Positions 10,701 through 20,375 of a stretch of 64,000 nucleotides of DNA are shown here, piece after piece (positions within the stretch are counted from its first letter, which is position 1; each line of letters opens with the position of its first letter). The translations under genes and the position numbers were made by a program. This stretch comes from Felis catus (taxonomy: Eukaryota). The stretch spans positions 60,266,001 through 60,330,000 of the forward strand of contig NC_058382.1 in NCBI RefSeq assembly GCF_018350175.1. Reading direction: 5' to 3'. The notes beneath the pieces are model-generated. The model saw only the letters and a program-made list of their open reading frames with translations, made no database searches and was not told where the DNA came from.

Positions 10701-12779
10701 AACCGAGGGGGGTGTCGGGATCAGCACAGTGCGGACCTCGGGGTCCGGGGGGACGTAGGGGTGTGGATCACACGCTGCGGAGAAGCTGAGTTTCCTCCCG
10801 AGCTGGGACGGACGAGCACGTGAGAAACCGGGCAGCACAAAGGGGTCTCTGCAACTCGGACAAGCCCCTCCTGACGGAACTGTGGACACGGGGTGCGTCA
10901 TCCAGCTGTTGCCCGTGGCCCCGAGGCCTCCCATCACCGGGGCCAGGCTGTCGGGAAGAGAAGGGCGCCGGGGGGGGGGGTGCTGTGGGAAGCCCCCTCC
11001 CCAGTTTGCACCAGGGGCCCCCACGGCATCCGAGGCCTGGCCACCGACCCTCTCTCGGTGGCGTGGGAGGGAGACACCCCCGCCGCCTTCACCGGGCTCC
11101 GTCCGGGGCCGGCGCAGACGCCGTGGCTCATGGCCCGGGGACAGCTGCTCACGCGCACGTCTGCACGCGTCCCACACAAGTCCTCGTGCACGTGTTGTGC
11201 ACCCGCTCGCAGGCACATCTGCTCACGTGCGCGTCTGCACGCCACGTGTGCGCTCACACGCTCCGTTAGCGGGCCTTCCCTCGCGGGGCAGCGGCGGGGG
11301 CTCGGAGGACTTCTGTTGCCCCAGGAGAAGTGTGTTTGCTTGGGTCCTGGGAGGCTCAGGGGGACAGACCCCAGACCTCGCGTGTCCCCTGCCTGGGGCC
11401 GACTGTCTGTTGTTGGGGGGTGAACTCGTGACTTCTCAAGGCCCAGGTGAGGACCAGGGATGTGGCCCAAAAGGCAGGCGTGCCGGTACGATTGGTGTTT
11501 CTCCCCTCGTATGTGTGACCACAGGAATGTGCCTGAATCCCCCGGGTGGGGAAGTATGACACCAGGTCACCGACGTCCTCTGATCTGGAGGCTGATGTCC
11601 CACCCGTCCTGCCAGGACACCGCACGGGTTCTCCACCATGCAGACCTGGAGGGAGGTGGAGGGGAGGTGACAGAGCACGGCTGGGCCTGGTCTGCCCCCA
11701 TCGGCCCCTCGGGAGGCGGGCTGGGGAAGGCGCCTGAGTGCCCAGGCTGCAGGCTGCACCCCCCCCACTGAGGAAGGATGAGAGGCTTACGGAAGCCCGT
11801 TCCTGGGACTCCCGCACTCTGGACGGAGCAGCCTGGGGATCCTGGAGCTGGGCTGGACCTGGAGCCCGGGGGCCTCTGCCCAGGAGCCCCAGAGAGCTTG
11901 CAGGCTGGGAGCCGTCCCGTCCTGAGGACACGCCTTCAGGAACGGCCTCCCCGAGCCTGCACCACTGCGCCCCGGAGCCTGGGCGGCTGGCTGGGGTCCC
12001 GGGACTCTGCGTCCCCACTTGCCCCGCGAGCCTCCACCGTCTGCCCCAAGGGCCGGGAGGGGTGACATGAGCATCCCTCTTTGTGTCCCAGCCCACACCC
12101 GCACCCGCCTGGGGACGCAAGCCTAACTCCTCCTAACTGTGGAGAAGGCAGGAGGCCGGGCCGCGCTCTAGCACCTGGAGGTCAACGCTTCCTGACCGGG
12201 GTGGTGGGGGGGGACCGCTGCAGCAAAGCCGGGACACGGGGCGTGGGTGCCCTCCGGAGCTGGGCCTCCCTTGCCCGATTCTGGTCGGGCCCTCCCTCGG
12301 CACCCACGTGCACTTGTGGGGAATGGACCGTGTGCCCCAGAAAAACCCCGCAGGAGATCGGGCAGGCGTTTCCAGAGGCGCCCCAAATGCGGGAGGCGGT
12401 GGCTCCGTTTCCGAGGGGCCTGGGGGACGTGACAGCGGGAAGTGAGCCCATCCTTGGAGCCGCTTGCTTCGGGGCAGGGGTCCCTCCGTCGTGGCTGCTG
12501 GGGGCCTTTGGGGCACTCGGCAGGGCTTTGTGCAACCAGGACAAAGGCACCTTCCCCAGGACACAGCGCCGTCGTGAAGGCATCTGACAGCCGCCTGGTG
12601 GCAGGGACCCCGGCCCCCACCCCCCGCTGGAAACGGCCGCTGCGATTATAAGACCTCGTGCTGCCCCACAGGCTGCCTCCCCACCTGCCTGCGCCACGGC
12701 CCTGCCCTCTGCAGAAGACACGACAGTGTCCTTTCTTTGGTCCCTGCAGCCGCTGCAGCGAATGACCAGGGCGGGGCCT

Positions 12780-13073
12780 GACACTGCGGACTTCATTCTC
12801 CCCCAGCCCATCTCTGCACAGGCTCCGGGAGGGTCCTTCCTGCCCCTTCCAGCTCCTGGGGGACCCAGGCATCCCTCAGCCTCTTCTCAGCGTGCATCTG
12901 GCCAGCTCCCCACCTGGAATAAGGACTCCAGTCTTGGGGTGGAGGATGCACTTAATTCACTATGACCTCTGAATCGCATCTGCAAAGCCCCTGGTTCCAG
13001 AAGGCCACGTCCTCGGGCTCTGGGGGTTGGGACTTGGACATACCCTCTGGGGGACACCGTTCAACTCATAACA
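12780..13073 (-). mobile_element. MLT1C/D-like LTR fragment
   Basis: 'tccttcctgccccttccagctcctgggggacccaggcatccct...ataaggactccagtc...catctgcaaagccc...gggttgggacttggacatacc...gggggacaccgttcaactcataaca'. Confidence 0.8.
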
Positions 13074-13771
13074 GGCCCCAAACGTCAACAGGGCTGAGGC
13101 TGAGAAGGTTGCCGTCCACAAAGAACCTCGCGCGTGCCCCGTCTCTCTCGCGGGGGCTGCCCGTGCGAGGGACCGGGAGCCACCCCCCGCGTCGCCCCAC
13201 CCGAGTCCGTGCCGCCCCCGCCTGCCGCTGAGACTATACGGGAGACCCGTGCATCCCCAATCTGCGGCCCCACGGCGGGGGTGACTGGAGAGGATTGGGG
13301 CGCAGGGTCGTCTTCGTGGCCCGGAGCGTCTGGTGCAGAAGGAGGTGGGCCAGGGTTCTCTTCCCGGAACGCCCAGCTCTGTGGTGTGCGTGCCCCTCCC
13401 AGAAAGGGCAGCCGCTTCTCCCTCCACTCCCAGCCCTGTTCCCACCCCGTGCAATGCCACTTCAGGGGGAGCGTGCCCGGCAGACTGCCAGGTGCGCCTT
13501 CCCAAGGCAATGGCGGGGAGAGGCCGGGGCCGGGGGGGGGGGGGTGTGAGTCCTTCCGGAACCAGGGCCAGGCTGACACAGCTCCTCCTGGCCTCGTTCT
13601 CTGCGTGGGCCTCACCCCCCACGTGGGCCTCTCTGAGCCGCCATCTCCCTGGGCTGGAGCAGGGCTGGGTGGGGGCCCGTCCGTCACACCCGGGAGGGGA
13701 CTTACTGCCCAGGACGGGGCCGGTGGGGGCAGGGAAGGCCCAGGTCATGGGTGCAGAGGAGGGAAGGACGG

Positions 13772-14138
13772 TGTGTTAGTTCAGGCTGCGTAACAAAGCA
13801 CCACAGACCAGGAACTTAAACCACAGATGTTTATTCTCTCCCAGTCCTGAAAGCTGGGATCAAGGTGTGGACAGGGCTGGTTCCTCCCCAGGCCTGTCTC
13901 CTTGGCTTGCCGATGGCCACTTCTCCCCGTGTCCTCCCGTGGTCGTCCTTCTGTGCGTGTCTGTGTCCCGATGTCACTTAAAAGGACACTTCCTGTTACG
14001 TTGGGTCAGGGACCACCCTGGTGACTCCATTTTAACTTAGTTACCCCTTTAAAGGCCTTACCTCCAAATGTCACATTCTGGGGTTCTAGAAATTAGGATT
14101 TTGACACATTTTGGGGGGCCATGGCTCGGTTCATAACA
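13772..14138 (-). mobile_element. Full-length MLT1B-like solo LTR
   Basis: TG...CA termini, 367 bp, collinear with antisense MLT1A/B ('gctgcgtaacaaagcaccacagac...tttattctctcccagtcctg...aaaggccttacctccaaatgtcacattctg'). 5-bp TSD gacgg (13767-13771) / gatgg (14139-14143). Confidence 0.9.
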
Positions 14139-15174
14139 GATGGATCTGAACTTCGAGTGTGGCCAGTGGCACCGAGGCCGGGGTCCCCAGCAGCGTAGTG
14201 ATGGTCGGATCTTGCCAAAAGGGTCAGCCTGGGTTCCCCGGCCAGGACGCCAGCCATTGCCCGAAAGCAGGAGCCTCCGACACACGGGGTCTGGCAGCTC
14301 ATCCTTAAAAACCCAGGGTGTTTACACATTCCTGTAATGAAGGGGAAAAAAACCCAACTAGCAAAAAACCAGAGCAATTATTCACTCTTGCTTTCTTAAG
14401 CTGCAGAAGGAGCTGGTTGGGAAATCATGAGTCAAGTGAAATCCTTTATGGAATGAACAAAACAAAAGGAACAAAAGCCATTTGACTTGCTCACTGAGCC
14501 CCCCCCAGCCCCCCGCGGGGAGACGCTGACTGGGGCTGGGAACGTTTACCATCCTCGCCGCCCCCAGCTTGCTGCCCTGTCCCGGCGCTGGCTGTCTGCA
14601 TTCCCCTGTATCCTCTATCCAGATGCTTAAGTCACTGCTTATAATGGCACAAAATGTCAGGAGGTGGCTCTCAGAGTCTGGAAAAACAGTGGAGTGTCCT
14701 TGGCCGCCTGCTGACCCATTGGCTCCACACGGAAGCTCCTTGCCAGGGCACCTACCTGAGGCACTTTGTGCCGCACCGTGGACACGGGGGCTGAGCAGGT
14801 CTGTTCACAGCCTGCGAACGCTCGTCTGTGAGCCTGTCCTGCTGAGCTGTCCTGCGCCCACGCGGACGGAGTCCGGGGCCTATCTGCAAGTGGCTTCTGA
14901 CTTTGGGATGCAAGACATAGGTAACCCCGTTTCCCTAAGTTCCTCCAGGAAGAGCGAGTGCCCTTCAGTTGTGTTCTCACTTGGCCCTGGTCTCCTGCTC
15001 TGCAGCTGTTTGCTGATGGACCACCCAAGGACTGCACTTGTCAAGGATAGAGAGACGCATCTCATCCACCCTGTGTTCCAGGAGAGCACAGGGAACAGAG
15101 TATCTCATTCAACCCTGTGTTCCCAGTGCAGGTGTAGAGAAGTAGAGAAAAAGAGCTACCTTGTGTGTGTTTTT

Positions 15175-15982
15175 GGTTGGGTGGATGGATAGATGAGTGG
15201 ATGGGTGGGTGAATGGGTGGATGCGTGTATAGACAGGTGGAAGGATGGATGGATGGATGGATGGATGGATGGATGGATGGATGGATAGATGGATGGATAG
15301 GTGGGTGGGTGGGTGGATGGTTTGGTGGGTGAATGGGTGTGTAGACGGGTGGGTGGGTGGATGGATGGATGGATGGATGGATAGATGGGTGGGTGGGTGG
15401 ATGGTTTGGTGGGTGAATGGGTGTGTAGACGGGTGGGTGGGTGGGTGGGTGGATGGATGGATGGATGGATGGATAGATAGGTGGGTGGGTGGGTGTATGG
15501 TTTGGTGGGTGAATGGGTGTGTAGATGGGTGGGTGGGTGGGTGGATGGATGGATGGATGGATGGATAGATGCATGGATAGATAGGTGGGTGGGTGGGTGG
15601 GTGGATGGTTTGGTGGGTGAATGGGTGTGTAGACGGGTGGGTGGGTGGATGGATGGATGGATGGATGGATGGATGGATGGATGGATAGATGCATGGATAG
15701 ATAGGTGGGTGGGTGGGTGGGTGGATGGTTTGGTGGGTGAATGGGTGTGTAGACGGGTGGGTGGGTGGGTGGATGGATGGATGGATGGATGGATAGATAG
15801 GTGGGTGGGTGGGTGGATGGTTTGGTTGGTGAATGGATGTGTAGACGGGTGGGTGGGTGGATGGATGGATGGGTGGATGGATGGATGGTTTGGTAGGTGA
15901 ATGGGTGTGTGGATGAACGGATGGATGGATGGATGGATGGATGGATGGATGGATGGATGGATGAGTGGTGGTTGGGTGGATG
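15175..15982 (+). repeat. Compound (GGAT)n/(GGGT)n microsatellite with a higher-order repeat unit
   Basis: Directly visible tetranucleotide arrays with a recurring 'tttggtgggtgaatgggtgtgtaga' anchor. Confidence 0.97.
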
Positions 15983-17367
15983 AATATAAAGCAGTCACCT
16001 AACTGTGACACCCAGGCCATGTTAGGTGCCCAGTAGTGTGGGTAAGAAAGTCCATGATCTGGGAAGGCAGAGAAACCGGCTGTCCCCAAAAGACCTGGAA
16101 TTCACTGCCAGTGACAAGAAGATATCCTCACCAACACATCACTGCTGAAGGGAAGACCATGAACCAGTCAAAGGACTTACCAGAAGACTAGACTTTGCCC
16201 TCGATTCCCACACATATGGTCTCCATGTGATGTCACTGGCTTCATCGAGAGTCTCATTTCATGAAGGAGCAAAGGGAGAAGGGTGTGTTCTGATGAGGTT
16301 GTCCCTCTGGGATGAGCACAGGCTCACTGCAGCCTCAGCAGCTTGGGACAGACACAAGCACGGACTCCGGGATGTGAGGAGGCTGAGTAAGTACTGGCCA
16401 GACCGTGATGGTCTCTGGCTGTGGAGGCAGGACCGTTTCTCATGGCCCAGAAGAGTAGGGGAGAGGATGTGTCAGCGCCCGGCCTTTCCCACCCTGGATT
16501 GTGTCCTCCCACGGCCCCTGCTACCGTCCCCTCTGTGGGTCTGGAGATGTGTCCCGAGGCCAGGAGGTCAGCTGCCCGGGAGGAATCAAAGGCCTCCAAG
16601 GGTTCCCAGATGAGTCACTGCATGACAGTCACCTTCCTCATCTTCCACCAGCCCAAATAAGTCATCTCCAGAGAGGGGAATTCTGGACCCCAAGAGCTCC
16701 CCCCCTCCATGAGTCAAGCCTCCTGGCCTATTTTTAGGCCATTTCTCCAGATTGTCAGGGCAGACAAGGCCTGTTTACACTGGATCGGAGCTGCTCTGGG
16801 AATCATCCATCCAAGCATGGACTTCAAAACAAAGAGCAGTGAGGACGGACAGAAGCCATGTGCCCTGGTGACAATGGCAGCCCGGCATGACCACAGAGGC
16901 CGAGGCTGGAGCAGCCTTATGTCACTGGACACCTTCCAGCAGCCAGAATGGTTGTTTTGGCCCACCCAACGAAAGCAGTTAGAAGTGCCTGTCTGGGCAC
17001 CGCGCACACATCACTGGACGCGGAAGGGTCAGCCGGTGCTCCCACGGCCATCGGCCCTGGCCCCGTGTTCCCCGAGGGCCCCATCCAATTCTTCTCTGCC
17101 TCCCGCAGCAGACGGAGAGCAACCTGACGGTATGAAATCCACCTTGTTCACATTCAAAACCCTGGCTCTGACCCCGGGAAAGGCTCAGCACAGCCCGGAT
17201 TCTCTCACCCTTTCACCCATGCGTATCTTCCTCCATTCCACGTCTGTTGTGCTCCTGCCGTGCTGGGTGTGCAAGCACGGGACAGGCAAGCACGGGAGTG
17301 ACAGGTGTCATGGCAAAGGAGCACGGGGGCCGTCATGGCCAGATCCAGGAGGAGAGCCCTGGTGAAG

Positions 17368-17510
17368 CAGGCAGTTCATCCAAGGCTGCCAGAGGGCTCG
17401 TCAAAACACAGATGGTTGGGCCTCAGCCCCTAAGTGTATGAGTCACGTTTCTAATGAGTTTCCAGTTGTGCTGATGCTGTGGGTCCAGAGCCTCACTTTG
17501 AGAACCACCG
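17368..17510 (+). mobile_element. MER5A-like hAT-Charlie MITE, internally deleted
   Basis: 'gagggctcgtcaaaacacagatggttgggcctcagcccc...tttctaatgagtttccag...gctgatgctgtgggtccagagcctcactttgagaaccac'. Confidence 0.75.
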
Positions 17511-17555
17511 TTGTAGGGAGAGAGAGCAGCACGTTCGAGGCTGGAGGTGACAATG

Positions 17556-17626
17556 TCAGTGAGTCAGTGAGTCAGTGAGTCAGTGAATGAGTGGCTGAAT
17601 GAATGAGTGAGTGAATGAGTGAATGT
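17556..17626 (+). repeat. (TGAGTCAG)3 followed by (GAAT/GAGT)n, probably an L2 tail
   Basis: Directly visible. (GAAT)n is the usual L2 3' terminus. Confidence 0.75.
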
Positions 17627-18876
17627 GCTTGGAGTTGCTTGTCTCTTGATGTAGCTTCCTGTCTCATGTCCAAGAGACGAGGTCTTGTGTACAGGCCTGA
17701 GGCTGGTGACCTTTAGCCGACTCTCACCCGTGCTTATTCATCAAACGCCATCCCTGCCCGTGTTTGTTGACCTGCAAGACCGGCTTCAAGCAACATTGTC
17801 ACCAAGAACAGGAGGGCTGTGTTGCTTCCCAGAGAAATCAGCAGCCTCTTGACCTAAGAGAGGAACTGTTGAAGGCGGAGAGGCGCTGGGGAAACCTGTG
17901 GTTAGGGACCCCTCTCCTGGCCCAGGCAAGTCAATTCAAGGTAATGCACGTGCCCTGGGAGCAGCTTGTCCACCGAAGTCCATATTCATGAACCGTTACA
18001 CGACTTCACCAGGCGTGTTCCACAAGTTTCTAATCAAACCACTCCACAAGATTGGAGATTAAGCTGCATTTCCAATGGTAAAATCTGTACTGGCCTAGAA
18101 TAAATACTCATTTGGAAAGCCCAAGGCAGGAGAGTATACCAGAACTTTTTTTTAAATGTCTGTGTTAGGGGCACTACCCACTTGTGTCCCCAGAATAACA
18201 GCTGCCATGTGGATAGTTGGCCGTCATCAGTGTCAGACCCCGGGCGCTCATGGGCCATTGGGATGCACCGAAGAGAAATATAATTGTCCACATCTTAGGA
18301 CGGAGAAAGAACTTTCAGCGTGAATGAACTTCACTGAGATGTGGAGAGGCATGGAGGAGGCCCTGTGGAAATTACCAAGAAAAAAGTTGCATGGATGAAT
18401 CGGGGCAGATAGGGGTAAATGTGAGAAAGTGGGTTGAGGGCGTCTGCGTCTGATGGCAGCTTTGAGCAGACATTCTTGAATCTTCCGGCACCCCGGGACT
18501 GGCCCGGTTTCTCTCTCAGGGTCATAATCATCTTAACATTCTCCCCAGTTAGTTTTATTTCCATAGAATTTATAAAACTGAATGTATGCTAGACTGTGAG
18601 GGCGGGCTCCTTGTGACATGGCATGACAGGGAGGGTGTTGTAGGAGCACGTGGGTGCTCTCAGCGTAGCGGAACCTGGGAGCTAGCAACCTCACTGGTCT
18701 CAGCTCCTGTGTGTTACGCACAAGGAAACAGGTGCCCAGAGGCACAGCTACCTGTGTAGGCAAAGCAGCTGGGCTGGGACCATGCCCTTCTCTCCACGTT
18801 ACTGTGCCTTGACGTGGTTTCCTTCTCCTCCCCACCCCCATGATCTTGCCAAGGGCCCATCCACAGCCAGCCCTAT

Positions 18877-18893
18877 TTCCCTCTGTCTCTCTC

Positions 18894-18926
<33 letters not shown>

Positions 18927-18945
18927 GTCTGTCTGTCTCTCTCTG
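18877..18945 (+). repeat. (TC)n/(TCTG)n microsatellite
   Basis: Directly visible. Confidence 0.9.
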
Positions 18946-19510
18946 TTAGGTCTTCAATACCTTGCAAATTAAGGTTTGTGTGCAGAGTGAGGTAAGGGTT
19001 CACTTTCTTTCACCTGGATGTCCAGTTGTGCCAGCACCACGTGTTGAAAAGACTTTGCTTTTTTCCATCCAGTTGCCATGACACCTTTTTAAAAACTCAA
19101 TTAATTACATATGTGTGTTTTATTTCTGGGTTCTTTATTGTGGTTTTGTTGAACTGCTCACCTATCCATACTCCAGTATGATAATTTGTCGGTCCCTATA
19201 GATTTATAGTGAGACTTAAAGTCAGATAGTGTAGCTCCTCCGAGTTGTTCTTTGTAAAGATCCTTGGGTAATTCTAGATCTTTGTGTTTCCATATAACAG
19301 GAGCAGCTTATCAATTCTACCAAAAAAAAAAAATTCTTTCCAGGATTTTGATCAGGCTGCTTTGAATCTATAGATAAATTTGGAGCAAGATTGACATCAT
19401 GATGGCATTGAGTGTTTGGATCCATGAACATGGTATATCTCTCCATTTATTCAGGTTTTCTTTAATCCCTTTCAGTAGTGTTTGGTAGTTTCCATGTGGA
19501 CTTCTTCATC
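18946..19510 (-). mobile_element. L1M ORF2 (post-RT region) remnant, antisense, AT-rich
   Basis: 'tccagttgtgccagcaccacgtgttgaaaagact', 'tttgaatctatagataaatttgg', 'atccatgaacatggtatatctctccatttatt' (antisense of the ORF2 W..IPCSWI motif). Confidence 0.85.
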
Positions 19511-19779
19511 AGCTCCTTGAGACGCACAGAAGATACAGGTCCTGTTCTCAGGTTGTTAGGGACTGGTAGCAGAGACAAGCCCAACACTGGGACATCAGCC
19601 CCAAGCAATCTAAGACAAGTTGTCATTCACAGCAGGGTTGTGGGTTGCTCTTGCCGACGTGTAGATGCAGGCTGTACACGTTGCCCTATTCGGTCTTCAA
19701 ATACTTGTCAGGCACCACCTATGTGTCCGAACGCTGAGAATATGGTGCTAACCAGGTGCAGTCCTATAACGCAATAGTG

Positions 19780-19950
19780 ATCATTATTAAATACTGTCTG
19801 ACGCTCCTTATGGACCCGGCATTGTCTACACACCTCCCTTGTGTTCCCTCAGTTCATCTCCACACTGCCGTAAAGAAGTGCTATTTTTTTTATAGCAGAT
19901 AATGTATTGGGCAGTTAAGTAACTTGGACAAAGTCCCCCAGCTGATCGGG
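19780..19950 (-). mobile_element. MIR fragment
   Basis: 'tttatagcagat...gttaagtaacttggacaaagtcccccagctg' resembles the antisense MIR core. Confidence 0.5.
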
Positions 19951-20307
19951 AAAGGGACCCCAGGCCTCGCTCTTGCCCACAGGGCCAAGCCGGGCATGGC
20001 TTCATGGAAACTGAATGTTGTGCAAGATGCCAGGGAAGGCTCTGGAGTCCGTTCCCATTTTGAACACCCACCCTTCCTTGAGTCCAGAATAACAGACTGG
20101 GTGGCCCAGAAGCTTCCATCTCACATTCTCCATTCTCTGATCACATTGACAAATGCCACAAGGGCTCTGGTGCTCTCTGTGAGCATAAGGACTCATAAGA
20201 TTACTAGATGTGCGGTTGACCCAACCAGCGGTTATTTCCAGAGAACCTCGTTCAGACCAATGGAAAGAGGCGTTGACAATTGTGGGGGGACAAACAATAG
20301 ACACAGA

Positions 20308-20375
20308 GTGTGTGCGTGCATGTGCGGGCGTGTGCACGCAAGTGTGTGCGCGCATGTGCGTGTGTGTGCACGTGT
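20308..20375. repeat. Alternating purine-pyrimidine (GT/GC) tract
   Basis: 'gtgtgtgcgtgcatgtgcgggcgtgtgcacgcaagtgtgtgcgcgcatgtgcgtgtgtgtgcacgtgt'. Confidence 0.85.

Noticed and set aside
15062..16089. His/Pro-rich or Trp/Gly-rich ORFs
   Set aside because: Translations of the GGAT/GGGT microsatellite.
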